A DNA stretch of 64,000 nt from a virus. Location: IMG/VR virus record IMGVR_UViG_3300023440_000002, positions 1-64,000 of that record. One strand, written 5' to 3'. Numbering within the stretch: position 1 is the stretch's first letter; each line of letters starts with the position of its first letter. This document shows, in pieces, positions 29,502 through 40,868 of this stretch. The position numbers were made by a program, and so were the translations under genes. The notes beneath the pieces were generated by a model that ran no database searches, was not told the DNA's origin, and saw only the letters and a program-made list of their open reading frames with translations.

Positions 29502-30340
29502 TGATAACTAGCGGTATATATTTAGGCACAATAACAGAAGCTTATAATCCAGAACATGAATCAAATGAATCTGCTGGGTATCAGTATATTTACGAGGTCG
29601 TGGTCGCTACCGATAAGTTTTCTTATTTGCCAGTGCGTTGCGTTAAGATGGACGCAATGGCCGGCGGGGTATTTAATTACGAAGACATCATCTTAGGTGT
29701 AGGTCAGCAAGTATTTATAGCTTTCCCTTTTTCTGATACATCTAGGGGTGTTATATTAGGAGGAAGTCGCGAAGAGGCCGAATCTCAATTTATCGACGAA
29801 GGTTCCGGCATTCGGTGGAAGATGCGCTTTAATGAAATCGACCAAAGCATATCCTATAAAGGGGTGTGGACTTTAGGTCACGTATCGAAAAACAAAACGA
29901 AAGGTCCTTCTTATTATTTAGATGACAAGTCAATCCTAATAGATGACGGGGGTGTTTCTGGGGATGGAAGCGAATCTCAGTTCATTAAGCTTGACGCAGA
30001 AAACAACAAAATAGAAATAAGTTCAGGTGAGTGGACTGTTACTGTGGCGAAAGGCGCTACGCTTAATGTTGATGGCGATGTTAATCTCACTTGCGACAAT
30101 GCGGTGGTTGATGCGAAAAGCTCAGTTTCAGTTAAAACAAAAGCGGCTGACGTTTCAATCGAGTCGGGCGTTAACATAAATATAAAAGCAAAGGGTGTCG
30201 CCAACGTAGAGGCTACCCAAATAAGACACAACTCTAATGGCGTACCGCTAGACGGAGTATTAACAATGACAACACAACCTACGTGTTATGTCACGGGAAT
30301 CCCATTTAAGGGTTCCACCACAGTATTAGCAGGTAAATAA
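29501..30340 (+). CDS. baseplate central spike (gpV/gp5-like)
   Basis: OB-fold-like N-terminus (GQQVFIAF..GVILG), beta-helix repeats, CYVTGIP tip. Confidence 0.75.
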   Translation: MITSGIYLGTITEAYNPEHESNESAGYQYIYEVVVATDKFSYLPVRCVKMDAMAGGVFNYEDIILGVGQQVFIAFPFSDTSRGVILGGSREEAESQFIDEGSGIRWKMRFNEIDQSISYKGVWTLGHVSKNKTKGPSYYLDDKSILIDDGGVSGDGSESQFIKLDAENNKIEISSGEWTVTVAKGATLNVDGDVNLTCDNAVVDAKSSVSVKTKAADVSIESGVNINIKAKGVANVEATQIRHNSNGVPLDGVLTMTTQPTCYVTGIPFKGSTTVLAGK

Positions 30341-30341
30341 T

Positions 30342-32951
30342 ATGGGATTAGGTCCAAGCAGTAACCCACAAGACGTATTCGCGGCAGGCAACCCAGTAAC
30401 TCAAGGTGGAGGTCAAGTACAAGATCCTCGTCAGTTCTGGCAAGCAAAGAGCAGTCAAATGAACCTACTGAAAAAAGTAGGTGATGATTTTGTAATAGAC
30501 GGTCTGTTCTTTAATTGGATGAACCTGGAAGCTGGAGACGCTTGGCAGCAATTCCCTTACCAGTTCGAAATACACGACGGAAAGGAACCTCTCAAGACGC
30601 TAAGTATGCCGCTAGCACCTCAGTCTATATCGATTAGCGTACCTGCGGCTACGACCACTACGGTAACCATGAGAGGAATCACTGAAGAGCACAACGACGC
30701 ACCTCTTAGGCATATAACCATATCAGGAACTACCGGCATTATGCCTGGCGAAACTCAAACCCTGTCTAAAACTGGACCTAACAGTTTATTAGAGTATGCT
30801 TTCGCTAATACAATCCAAGCAGCTAATAGGGTTAAATCAACGGCAGAAAAATTCTCAAAAGTAGTTGACAATCTTGGTGTAGGAGGTCGATCTTTAAATA
30901 GTCCGCTAGCTAATCAAGAAAACATAACATCTAACAGTATAAGCAACGCATATAACGCTATTCATAATATGAGTCGTTTTTTTGATATGTATTTGGCAGC
31001 AAAAAAGAAAGGTATCAAACAACTCTTCCTTTCTTTTTACATGCACAAAGACCGAATGTATTATGATTGCACACTTAATAACTATTCGATCAGGAAAGTC
31101 GCCGGCTCAATGGAATACCAATACACGGTATCATTAACTGCCTGGCGACGTAGAGATCAGCCGGTCGGTAATAAACCCGCCGAACCTATCACTAGAAATT
31201 CTGCTTCGGCTGATGCCTTAAATAACGTATTCGCCGGTATTAATCAGGCATTATCTCTTGCTGTAAAAGCTATGAATGAGATAGCTGGAATACTGAAAGG
31301 TATTAGTAAGGATTTCGAAACAGTAGTTTTGGGTCCCATTAAGCGAGTAGCTTTACTTTTCAAATCAATTATAAATGTAGCTATGACCATAATGGACTTC
31401 CCTAATGCAATACAAAACCTGGCTAAAACTAGCATTAAATCTGCATTCAGAGGTATTGGAGAGAATAATTCAAAAACTTCTGAATTGGAAACCCTTAATC
31501 AGGAAATTAAAAATAAAAACCTTAATTCTACGGCTCCTGACGCTCAACCTGGAGCTTACTCTGAACTGGTTATTCCAAGTAGTATAGCTAGAGATGAAAG
31601 TGGGTCTACGGCAGACCTATCAGAAGATAAAAACAAAGAAATATCCGACCCTTTTGATGCAATGTTTAGGGACCCGCAAGAGTTCGCTAATGTGTTCGAT
31701 TTTTTCAAGCTAGATGAGTTGGAACTAGGAGAAGGCATACAGGCTTTAATCGACGACGAAATAGCCAAAGCCTTAGCTTTAACGTCTGATGATGTTAAGT
31801 TAATCAGAGAAGACTTCGAAAGTTTTATCTCTAACTATTCTGAAACCGTAGGCGGCGGCGATTCCACGTACAACCGAATAAACAACAAAGGTACAATCAA
31901 GACAGTAACGAAAAAACTAAGTGTAGAAGATATTCGGGTTTTAAGTATGTTTAATGATACACTTACGGCACTGGATTCGACAATTATCTTCTTACAAGAA
32001 CAGGAAGGCTCCACAGAGGATGACTACGCTAGCTATTTTGCAGATCAAGCTAGATCTTACGGTATTGATTTCGCCGAAAATACATCAAAATTCTACGTAC
32101 CTTTCGAGTTTGGGTCAACACTAGAAACAATGGCCTACAAATACTTGGGAGATGACAGTAGGTGGATAGAGATTGCGGCAATTAACGCCCTCAAGGCTCC
32201 TTATGTTGATGAGGAAGGGGATTACGTAGACTTCCTAGCTTCTGGCGCTGGAAACTCATTCTCGCTCAGCTCAATAACTAATTTATATATCGGCCAGGTG
32301 GTTGAGTTGTCATCCGACACTCAAAGACCTGAACCTAGAACTATAATAGCTATCGATCAGGTCAGCGCGGTAGAGTCTATAATCTCAATAAAAGGAGAAG
32401 GGGATCTAGCTAAATTCACTACGGCCGATAATGCAAAAATGAGATTTTTCTTACCTAACACAACAAACTCGAATCAATTAATAGCAATCCCATCAAAGGT
32501 TGCAGTTAATATCCCTGGTGTGGTAAGGTTAAATCCGGACAAGGAAGATTTAGATTTAATATCCTTAACCGCTAAAGCTGATTTTATGTTGAATTTCAAC
32601 AAACTTAATACTGCGGACATAGCTTTCACAGGGGCAGACGTTAAGGTTTCTAGGGGGATGACCAACCTAATTCAGGCCGCGAACGTAAAAATACTAACAC
32701 AGAGAGGGGATTTATTGTATGATCCAACATTCGGCAATCCGATAGAGGTCGGATCTAGTACGGCCAATATCGACATCACCGATACCATCAGGCAGCTATC
32801 TCAAATGTTCGAACAGGACCCTAGATTCCAAAGTGTGAAGGCGGGTAAGGTTGTCAAAAAAGGTAATGCTATTATCGTTGATTTGATTTTAGGTGTGCAA
32901 AACTCGCAAGCTTATTTGCCGTTTTCCGCCGCAATACCGGTTTCGGCCTAG
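30342..32951 (+). CDS. fused baseplate protein (tube-initiator-like, LysM-like and gp25-like parts)
   Basis: MPLAPQSISI..ITISGTTG; TLETMAYKYLGDDSRWIEIAAINAL; C-terminal RGDLLYDPTFG..DPRF. Confidence 0.7.
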   Translation: MGLGPSSNPQDVFAAGNPVTQGGGQVQDPRQFWQAKSSQMNLLKKVGDDFVIDGLFFNWMNLEAGDAWQQFPYQFEIHDGKEPLKTLSMPLAPQSISISVPAATTTTVTMRGITEEHNDAPLRHITISGTTGIMPGETQTLSKTGPNSLLEYAFANTIQAANRVKSTAEKFSKVVDNLGVGGRSLNSPLANQENITSNSISNAYNAIHNMSRFFDMYLAAKKKGIKQLFLSFYMHKDRMYYDCTLNNYSIRKVAGSMEYQYTVSLTAWRRRDQPVGNKPAEPITRNSASADALNNVFAGINQALSLAVKAMNEIAGILKGISKDFETVVLGPIKRVALLFKSIINVAMTIMDFPNAIQNLAKTSIKSAFRGIGENNSKTSELETLNQEIKNKNLNSTAPDAQPGAYSELVIPSSIARDESGSTADLSEDKNKEISDPFDAMFRDPQEFANVFDFFKLDELELGEGIQALIDDEIAKALALTSDDVKLIREDFESFISNYSETVGGGDSTYNRINNKGTIKTVTKKLSVEDIRVLSMFNDTLTALDSTIIFLQEQEGSTEDDYASYFADQARSYGIDFAENTSKFYVPFEFGSTLETMAYKYLGDDSRWIEIAAINALKAPYVDEEGDYVDFLASGAGNSFSLSSITNLYIGQVVELSSDTQRPEPRTIIAIDQVSAVESIISIKGEGDLAKFTTADNAKMRFFLPNTTNSNQLIAIPSKVAVNIPGVVRLNPDKEDLDLISLTAKADFMLNFNKLNTADIAFTGADVKVSRGMTNLIQAANVKILTQRGDLLYDPTFGNPIEVGSSTANIDITDTIRQLSQMFEQDPRFQSVKAGKVVKKGNAIIVDLILGVQNSQAYLPFSAAIPVSA

Positions 32952-32953
32952 TT

Positions 32954-33550
32954 ATGCCAATGGATGAAGGTCTTTTGACCAAAAACATATTAAATAACAT
33001 AAGGTTAAACATGAAAACCTTAGACCCTAGAGCTGAACCTCAAAAGTTCCAGGAAGAGCTAGCGGCGGCGGTAGCCAAAGGGTCAATTAACACCCTAAAA
33101 ACACTACAAACTATCGGTGTAGGGAACGTAGCTATTGGCATTAGCGGGGTTGGACTAATAACGGACGGAAACCTAATGGCAATGGTCGCCATTAATGCAA
33201 TGAAGGGATTCACTGGTGGTGGAGGGATAGCTTTGTCGAAAATAATGGAAGCTTTACTTTTACCGATTTCTTTGCATTTATCGGCAAACACAGAAGTGTT
33301 TAGCGTGTCCGGTTTTGGGGGGCAAGGTGCACCTCCTGTAGGTGGAGTACCTTTCGTATTTGAGTCGGCGATATTCTCGGAGCTGTCAATAGAAACTCAA
33401 ACAAACATGAACAAATCTGACCAAGGGAAGTTGTTTATCAAGGCGATATCATTAGGTTTAAGCGCTGGGATCAGTGCGGGCACTCCGGCTTTTATACCTA
33501 TGGGTTCAACCCCTCCACCGCCTGGTCCGCTTATTGGCAACTTCAGATAA
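32954..33550 (+). CDS. hypothetical structural protein
   Basis: 198 aa, Gly-rich, within the baseplate operon. Confidence 0.6.
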   Translation: MPMDEGLLTKNILNNIRLNMKTLDPRAEPQKFQEELAAAVAKGSINTLKTLQTIGVGNVAIGISGVGLITDGNLMAMVAINAMKGFTGGGGIALSKIMEALLLPISLHLSANTEVFSVSGFGGQGAPPVGGVPFVFESAIFSELSIETQTNMNKSDQGKLFIKAISLGLSAGISAGTPAFIPMGSTPPPPGPLIGNFR

Positions 33551-33595
33551 AAACCTAATATTAATAACACGAAAATAGCTAATTAAGGAAACATA

Positions 33596-36500
33596 ATGGC
33601 TAACCTACCAGAATTAAGATCCAGAGAAAAAATAATTGGCGACCTTATCGATGGCTTCCTAGCTAGAGTTAAGGACGTAAACGACTTAAATAGAGGGTCG
33701 GTCATTAGCCAGTTTTTTCATGCTATTGGTCAATCAAACTTTAAGGCGGCCGCTGATGTCATATCTATGATCGACGCTTTGTCGGTTGATAGGGCAGAAG
33801 GTGAAGCTCTACAAAGATTAGCGGCTGATGCCAACGTAACGATCAGCTCTGGTACTTTTTCAGCTGGACGGGTCAGTATTCAAGATATTAGTTTTGCTAA
33901 GGTTTCTACTAATGTGTTCGCCGGGCAACCCGCTCCAGTGGCAGGATCAACAAAAATGTTTGTTGTTGATGCGTCAAAGATGAACACTAGTGGCGGTAAG
34001 ATTTACATCGGAAGGGGTACCCCTAACGTAGAAGGTCCATTAACTTTCACTACCGTACAGGCAGAAGCGGGTGGCGCATACTGGTCTATCACCTTAGATG
34101 TCGCAAGCCCTACAACTAAATTCCATAATATCGGTGAAGAGATTGTGGTTTCTCAAGGCCAAAACCGCAAAATCAACTCAGGTACGGTAGTTAAAACTCC
34201 GTCAGGTTCAGGTGTAAGTTCTGTTAATTTCAAAACAGTTTCGCCGGCAACTATCGCCGACGGGGAAACAAAAGTAGACGATGTGCCTGTTGTGGCTGAA
34301 GTTTTAGGAACAAAAGGTAATGTTCCTAGGGGTGCTATCCGCGAAGCTATAGGTTTGTCATTTTCAGCTATCGTATTTAACGACAACGCATTCGTAACCG
34401 GAACACCTCCGGACGACGAAACGACTATCAGAGATAAAATAAAGAGCGCTGAGCAAGCTAAATCAAAAGGTACTGAGCAGGCCATCAAAGCTTCTGCTAT
34501 TGGTGTCTCATCAACTGACGACCTTAAAAAGGTTATATCTTCTAGTGTATTAAGAAAAGCTGACTCTTCGTCGGCTTTGATTTTCGATGACGGATCAGGG
34601 TACGAACCTATCTTTTCTGGGATAGGATTAGAACAGATTATAGATGACGCCTTAGGCGGTGAAAGAGAACTTCAATTAAGACAGAGACCTGTAGCTGAAG
34701 CTCGAGTTAAGTCAATAGAGCTTGCCCCATTTAGAATACCAGAAAACTATGCCCTTTCGGTTGACGTGCAAGGTGTAACAACTACGCACACTTTCGTAGC
34801 CGGAGATTTCAGAGTAAAAGAGTCGGCTACAGCATTCGAAACAATTGCATCCATCAATGGTAATCCGAACATTAACTTTAATGCCGCAACATCAGATAGC
34901 GCAAGTAAAATAGTACTTTACCCTAGAGATCCATCTAAAAACGATATAACAGTTAAAAGACTTTCATCTAATGACGCTAACGACTTCTTAGGCTTACAAA
35001 CAACCACCCAATACACCTTACTGCTTTACAAGAACGATAAGATATTATTCCAAGATGGGCTTCCGGCTAACGTAACAACTCGACTTAAATCGGCATGGTC
35101 TACGTCAATCACTGAAGGCGACACTCTTGTTTTTTCAGTAGATGGAACACCTCCTTTAGAAGTTGCATTCACAAAAGAGATATTTCAAGAATTCGACCTT
35201 TCAGCTACCGTAAATGCTTTTACTGATATTGAAATCTGGGTTAAGGTTTTTAATCGACTTATGTCTGGAGTGGTAACCACTTCAAGCGGCGAAGAAATTG
35301 TAATGACTTCAGCTAGAGGAAAGAATAACTCAGCTGCGGTGCAAATCATCGGAGGCACATTAAAAGACAAGATCTTCGAGACCGGTATTGCTATTGAAGC
35401 TTTCGGTAGAGAATCAGACTACACCCTCAACAGACAAACAGGACAAATAGGTCTATCAGTTGGATTAAGTTCGGGTGACAAAGTGACGGCCGGGTCTTCT
35501 TTCACTAGAGCTAATATTACAACCACTCAACTTCCGGACGGGACAAGTTCCGCAGGTAACATATGGATGGTCGTTGATGGTGGAGTAAAGTATATTCCAT
35601 CAGGGTTGGAAGGCAACACCCTAACAACATTCTCTAAATCTGGATCTAAAATAACAATTGAATCAACAAACCCCAACCTAGACCCTGTAGCTTATGATGG
35701 AGTTTCCGTAGGTGACTGGGTGGTTGTGTGGCCAGAACAAACAGACTTAGCAAACTTCCCTTCTTTGTTTTCGTTCCAAGGTTTTTGGAGAGTAGAAAGC
35801 GTAGAAAGAGGGAAAATCGTAGTAGATGACGGCAATACCGTACGTAGTGTGCCAGGAACAGAAACGATCCCGACCGACCGCATAACTATACTTCAATCTA
35901 AAGCTCCGGTCCAAAAACTGAGTTTCGGAGTTAATCCGCTATCTGGGTTCGTACAAGAAATCGAAGATAATATTGAAGGTGTCACAGCTGATGTTATTGG
36001 ATCTACAATCAGAATATCTACCATATCCGCTGGATCTAATGGGGAACTAACCATAGTTGCCGCAGACTCAGAAGGTAAAGCTATCGGCATCGCAGTAAAC
36101 GAAATAGAGTCAAATATTCCATCACAAAAAGGGTTTGTGGTAACAGAAGACTCAGAAGTCGGGATGCCAAGCTTTACTTATTCAGAATTAGGAAGCTACA
36201 TCTCTGACACTCAATTCTCCGAACCTAAGTATGATGAGATAGGTGGAACTACAGATGATTTCGTAGAGATCCTTAATAGATACGACATAACATCAAACCC
36301 AGAACAACTAAGGGAGTTGTTAGATCCTAACAAGTCACGTAGGATGTTTGTAAGAAAATATGATCCAACAACCGACATACTGGAAATGCAAACAAAAGAG
36401 TTCAGTAAGGATGACTCTTCAGTACTAAAAGAGCTGGACAGGTATTTCCTTAGAACTTCTTATCAGTTCGACTCTACAGATACGGCTACGGCTATCGTTG

Positions 36501-39500
36501 ATGGCGACGTAACAACAAAAATATTCGGATTACCTGTAGCAAGAAAAGTTACTGTTAATAATCACTCAAGCCCTTCACTTAACGACTTTAGCGCCGACGA
36601 TGGAGAAAGCTCGCTAGAACTAAAAGACACGTCGTCTTTTTCTGGGTTTAACTTTAATGACTGGAAAGCTTGGCGGCAATCATCTGCCCTGCTTACTGAT
36701 GGCAGCACTTACAGCGTAAGAATAAAATCAGCCGATTACGGCCCGGCCGGTGACACTATAAGATCTGGTTTTGTTTACCCTACAAGTCTAGATCAAGATT
36801 CGCTAGATTTAATCATTAATAACGCAGAGATGATTGATGTTGGTGTTGTTTTACCTGTAACAACGGCTAGGGTACCTAATTGGGACGGAACTAGCTCATT
36901 CACTACGGACGTAACTCCTCTATCTTTAAGTAGAGATAAGGTAACATATCAATGGAGAGTGGGCGTTGAACCTAATTTTTTATCAGGAGGTGGAGGTGCC
37001 TCTTTAGTTGTTGGTGATGTAGCTATAATAAGCAAATCTTCTGACTTCTTAAAAGAAAACAAAGAGATAGAGGCTAAAGTTACAGATATATCTACTAACT
37101 CTTTCTCTATAGAGATTCCTTCTGGTATTAGCATTTCAGATAACATCAGTATAGATCAATCACAAAACATCGGCGGACTATATTCTATTACGACATCCAC
37201 CCCCCACCTTGTAAATCAAGGTGACCGTGTAGGTGTGTGGGATACTCAATTAATTGATGGAGTTAACGCTCCCATAGATGGTTCGTATTTTGCTACTGTT
37301 GTAAGCCCAAACACGTTCACCGTCAATCTTCCACCTTCCGTCCCTGGCGGTGAAATATTATCAGCCATTCACTCTGCAAATATTGTTGTTTGTACTTCAA
37401 GCCTACCTCATGGGTTAAGCGAAGGGAACGTTATAATTGTCGGAGGTTTTAGCACAGGAAACTATAACGGACTATCAATTATTCAGAGTGTATTATCACC
37501 TACCCAATTTTCTTATGTTAGAGATGGATCATCATCTAGCGTGATAAATGGAAGATTTGATTATCAGTCTTACGGGTCTGGCGTTTCCATATCGGCATTA
37601 ACTTTAAATCTCGTATCTGGCGTGGTAACAGTGGTATCTTCCGCAACTCACGGATTAATACAAGGTGATATTGTCAGCATAGATAGCTCATCTGTAGTGG
37701 CTTATAATTCTAGCGTAACATATGCAGTTGGTGATGTTGTATCATTTTCAGGTAACAATTACGAATCATTAGTTTCCAGCAACACAGGTAATACACCAAA
37801 CATATCACCATCAGATTGGAGCGTATCATCTATAGATTTAAACGGTATATATATTGTTTCTGTTGTAGACTCTACAACTCAGTTTAAATACAGCCACTAC
37901 CATACAGTAGGATCAATATCGTCTACGGGAGGGTCAATATCCAACCAAGCACCAAAAGGTAGACTAGCTCGATCTGTAGGTGACTCGGCCGCAGCATTAG
38001 CTTTTGCAGAAGTTGGGACTACATCTCAGGAGGTGGTAGATTACATAACAGAAAATAAATCAGATTTACTACAAGCTTCTATTGAGTTGCCATACGACGG
38101 GACAGAAATTATAAACACATCAACCAAAGAAAAAAACCTAAGTCCGGGTTTTCATTTTGGTATAGCCGTATCACTAACAACCATTAAAGCTTCCAGGAAA
38201 ATAACACTAAATGTTAATTCCTTTGTAGAGAGTGGTTCAACAGTATCATTAAAATCAACAAATGCACCTCAATATGACGGAACTTATTCTGTTTTTTCAC
38301 AAAAACAAGATGGAGCTGAGTATAAATTAACACTACAGTCCAATATATTATCACCAATAACGTCTACAACTATTTTAGTGTCAGGCACATACCAAGGGGT
38401 AACTGATTATGTTGCTTTACGTGATGGGGAAAACTCTATAAACATTACGGATCTTGATTCATCGGCCACCTTCCCTCAGTTCCAGCTCAAAAAAGACTGG
38501 TCTTTGATACCTACAGTAGGAGAAGAAATAAGGCTAGTTGCGACAAACACAAAACAACTTAACGAATTCTGGAACCGACTAGTGGTTACCGGCATTAGCA
38601 ATGTAGCAGAGGTGGAAAACTCAGAGTACGGAAGGCAGCTTCAAATAACTACCAATCAGTTCGGGTCGGAAGGTTCAATTCAGTTCACTGGAGGTACAGC
38701 GAATAATTCGAGCGTTGCTATTGTGGGTTCAGGTTCGGAACTAGCAGGTAAAGTAGGGGTATTTAAAATACCTTACGAGCTAAGGCGAGGTTTAAGCAGG
38801 AAGTCTTGGGTCAAGATGGAACAAACTGTCAGACTTAACAAGATTCTCGGGTTTGAAGGAAGCACAACACTTAACGTCTATTCTACTGGATTAGAAATAA
38901 CTGGCGGAACAGATGGGTCATTTCAAACAAAAAGAGCCACAAGTCACGACGAAACATCTATCTTTAAAGTGGAAAAGCACGGTAAGTTCACAGCATTCAT
39001 CAACATAGGAGGTCAGAACATAGGTCTTGATGTTGGAGGTGTTAAGGAAGGTGATTGGGTTCGAACAACTAATACGTCAGCCTTAGCTTATGATGTGCTG
39101 CAAGATTATGCGGCAGGTGATAGAGTTCTGTTTGCAGGGCTAAACTGGACAGCTGTTAGAGTGAATGGGGTATCATCTACCACGGTAAACCCAATACCTA
39201 GCGATATTTGGGACATAGATACAGATTATGCACAAAATTCCACTGTTACGTACAAAGGAAAGGCTTACATTCAATCATCCGCAACAGTAACTGTCGGCCA
39301 ATACCCTGACAGTGCAGCTTCTAACTGGAACCTGATTTGGGAAGTGCGTGAGTGGCAGGGTGGTAACACTGGAATATATAAAGTGGTTCGTGTTTTCGGT
39401 TCTGATTCATTTTGGGTAGAGAATGATAATTCCATTGAAGGTATGATCACTTTAGGTGATATTAATAACTTAACGTTCTATAGTCACGACTCGGTAATGC

Positions 39501-40291
39501 CTAATGATGTTTTGGTTATATCTGGCAATAAGCTAGGAACAGCCAACGCAGGTCGTTATGTTGTTAGGGATGAAACGTTCGGGTCGGCTTATCTTTTTCC
39601 TACAAGTACGAGAATATTCACCGATCCTATCCCAGTAGCTACCGGATCTGTCGCTTTAGGTGATTCAGTTAATCAGGTGAACGTCGAAGAGCAAAACCCT
39701 GTCCGGATATGGAAGCGCATATTAGCTGTAGGTCCAGCTGAAACAGGTTTAGCTAACATAATAGTGGACTCTCCAAACCTACTTAATCGATTCTCCTCCT
39801 CAAATGCGGCATTCATTGAAGCTCAAGGTAAAATTGGATACGATACGGTACCGGCTTTCGGTATTGATGCCTATAAGAGTTTCGGTGGTCTGATTAAAGC
39901 CCTCAATCGGGTCATATATGGCGACCCTACGTCTCCCGCAGAGTTTCCTGGAACAAGAGCTGCCGGAACAGACATCGGCATCAGAGAGGCTATTATCAAG
40001 CGAATTAAGGTATCTCTAGGTGTTAGGGTTAGGACTGGCATTTCCTTCTCTGATATTCGAGAGTCTATCAAGGCGGCAGTTGCTGGGTATGTCAACAACC
40101 TAGGCGTAGGCGAACAAGTGGCTATGTCAAAAATATTAGAAGCAGCTTCGAAGGTTGGGGGTGTCGCTTCAGTGGTGATAACTTCGCCAGACTATAACGT
40201 CAGCGCTGATCAGATAGCGGTAGGAGCACAAGAAAGAGCCCAAATCATAGATCCATCATTCGATGTAACTATTTCTATACTTGGATCTTAA
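33596..40291 (+). CDS. giant baseplate wedge J-like protein
   Basis: J-like N-terminus (GEALQRLA, GTKGNVPRGAI, DDETTIR) and C-terminus (YVNNLGVGEQV..KVGGV); long beta-rich insert with CBM5/12-like motifs. Confidence 0.8.
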   Translation: MANLPELRSREKIIGDLIDGFLARVKDVNDLNRGSVISQFFHAIGQSNFKAAADVISMIDALSVDRAEGEALQRLAADANVTISSGTFSAGRVSIQDISFAKVSTNVFAGQPAPVAGSTKMFVVDASKMNTSGGKIYIGRGTPNVEGPLTFTTVQAEAGGAYWSITLDVASPTTKFHNIGEEIVVSQGQNRKINSGTVVKTPSGSGVSSVNFKTVSPATIADGETKVDDVPVVAEVLGTKGNVPRGAIREAIGLSFSAIVFNDNAFVTGTPPDDETTIRDKIKSAEQAKSKGTEQAIKASAIGVSSTDDLKKVISSSVLRKADSSSALIFDDGSGYEPIFSGIGLEQIIDDALGGERELQLRQRPVAEARVKSIELAPFRIPENYALSVDVQGVTTTHTFVAGDFRVKESATAFETIASINGNPNINFNAATSDSASKIVLYPRDPSKNDITVKRLSSNDANDFLGLQTTTQYTLLLYKNDKILFQDGLPANVTTRLKSAWSTSITEGDTLVFSVDGTPPLEVAFTKEIFQEFDLSATVNAFTDIEIWVKVFNRLMSGVVTTSSGEEIVMTSARGKNNSAAVQIIGGTLKDKIFETGIAIEAFGRESDYTLNRQTGQIGLSVGLSSGDKVTAGSSFTRANITTTQLPDGTSSAGNIWMVVDGGVKYIPSGLEGNTLTTFSKSGSKITIESTNPNLDPVAYDGVSVGDWVVVWPEQTDLANFPSLFSFQGFWRVESVERGKIVVDDGNTVRSVPGTETIPTDRITILQSKAPVQKLSFGVNPLSGFVQEIEDNIEGVTADVIGSTIRISTISAGSNGELTIVAADSEGKAIGIAVNEIESNIPSQKGFVVTEDSEVGMPSFTYSELGSYISDTQFSEPKYDEIGGTTDDFVEILNRYDITSNPEQLRELLDPNKSRRMFVRKYDPTTDILEMQTKEFSKDDSSVLKELDRYFLRTSYQFDSTDTATAIVDGDVTTKIFGLPVARKVTVNNHSSPSLNDFSADDGESSLELKDTSSFSGFNFNDWKAWRQSSALLTDGSTYSVRIKSADYGPAGDTIRSGFVYPTSLDQDSLDLIINNAEMIDVGVVLPVTTARVPNWDGTSSFTTDVTPLSLSRDKVTYQWRVGVEPNFLSGGGGASLVVGDVAIISKSSDFLKENKEIEAKVTDISTNSFSIEIPSGISISDNISIDQSQNIGGLYSITTSTPHLVNQGDRVGVWDTQLIDGVNAPIDGSYFATVVSPNTFTVNLPPSVPGGEILSAIHSANIVVCTSSLPHGLSEGNVIIVGGFSTGNYNGLSIIQSVLSPTQFSYVRDGSSSSVINGRFDYQSYGSGVSISALTLNLVSGVVTVVSSATHGLIQGDIVSIDSSSVVAYNSSVTYAVGDVVSFSGNNYESLVSSNTGNTPNISPSDWSVSSIDLNGIYIVSVVDSTTQFKYSHYHTVGSISSTGGSISNQAPKGRLARSVGDSAAALAFAEVGTTSQEVVDYITENKSDLLQASIELPYDGTEIINTSTKEKNLSPGFHFGIAVSLTTIKASRKITLNVNSFVESGSTVSLKSTNAPQYDGTYSVFSQKQDGAEYKLTLQSNILSPITSTTILVSGTYQGVTDYVALRDGENSINITDLDSSATFPQFQLKKDWSLIPTVGEEIRLVATNTKQLNEFWNRLVVTGISNVAEVENSEYGRQLQITTNQFGSEGSIQFTGGTANNSSVAIVGSGSELAGKVGVFKIPYELRRGLSRKSWVKMEQTVRLNKILGFEGSTTLNVYSTGLEITGGTDGSFQTKRATSHDETSIFKVEKHGKFTAFINIGGQNIGLDVGGVKEGDWVRTTNTSALAYDVLQDYAAGDRVLFAGLNWTAVRVNGVSSTTVNPIPSDIWDIDTDYAQNSTVTYKGKAYIQSSATVTVGQYPDSAASNWNLIWEVREWQGGNTGIYKVVRVFGSDSFWVENDNSIEGMITLGDINNLTFYSHDSVMPNDVLVISGNKLGTANAGRYVVRDETFGSAYLFPTSTRIFTDPIPVATGSVALGDSVNQVNVEEQNPVRIWKRILAVGPAETGLANIIVDSPNLLNRFSSSNAAFIEAQGKIGYDTVPAFGIDAYKSFGGLIKALNRVIYGDPTSPAEFPGTRAAGTDIGIREAIIKRIKVSLGVRVRTGISFSDIRESIKAAVAGYVNNLGVGEQVAMSKILEAASKVGGVASVVITSPDYNVSADQIAVGAQERAQIIDPSFDVTISILGS

Positions 40292-40345
40292 AGCATGGTA
40301 TGCTTTACAGGGATAAATAAACTTAACTAAAAGGATAAAGGGAAA

Positions 40346-40774
40346 ATGGCAAAATCTAAAGAAGAAAAGGAAGCTATCAAGGCGGCCAAGAAAGCAACAA
40401 AAGCAAAGAAAGAGCTTGAAATAGGGCACAGTGATGGAGCTAGTATTAAGAAGGAAACAGAAGAAGAAACCCCAGTGGTAGAAGAAGAAACCCCAGTGGT
40501 AGAAGAAGAAACCCCAGTGGTAGAAGAAGAAACCCCAGCTGAAAAAATAAGGTCGGGAATCAGAAAAAAAGAGACCCTTAAGATTGGAGATCACGTACTT
40601 ACTTCTGTAGAGGACGATAAGTGTCGGGGGGCGGTAGAGCTTTTTCTTCACACTAAAGGTAAGAAATTTAGAGGTCATACCTTAACTCAGGAAAAATTAG
40701 ACATTCTTATGAGTGATGGAGATTTCCTTAAGAAGCTCGGATACCTAAGACAGCACGTTAAGCCGAGAAAATAA
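40346..40774 (+). CDS. hypothetical protein with EEETPVV repeats
   Basis: 142-aa ORF with RBS. Confidence 0.7.
   Translation: MAKSKEEKEAIKAAKKATKAKKELEIGHSDGASIKKETEEETPVVEEETPVVEEETPVVEEETPAEKIRSGIRKKETLKIGDHVLTSVEDDKCRGAVELFLHTKGKKFRGHTLTQEKLDILMSDGDFLKKLGYLRQHVKPRK
40460..40538 (+). repeat. 21-bp tandem repeat, about 3.7 copies
   Basis: gaagaagaaaccccagtggta repeated. Confidence 0.95.
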
Positions 40775-40794
40775 AATCAACAATTAAGTCAGTA

Positions 40795-40833
40795 ATTACA
40801 ATGCCTAGGGGTTAAATTCCTAGGCATTGTAAT
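40795..40833. terminator. 15-bp-arm inverted repeat, probable terminator
   Basis: attacaatgcctagg-N9-cctaggcattgtaat between the structural block and a sigma-28 site. Confidence 0.65.
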
Positions 40834-40841
40834 ATTTAAGC

Positions 40842-40868
40842 TAAAGTTATCCGCTATTCAGCCGATAA
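40842..40868 (+). promoter_or_regulatory. sigma-28 (FliA)-type promoter
   Basis: TAAAGTTA-N11-GCCGATAA. Confidence 0.85.

Noticed and set aside
6800-40678. Short minus-strand ORFs inside sheath, RNR, fibre, tape measure and baseplate genes
   Set aside because: Antisense to long, well-supported genes and without recognisable motifs
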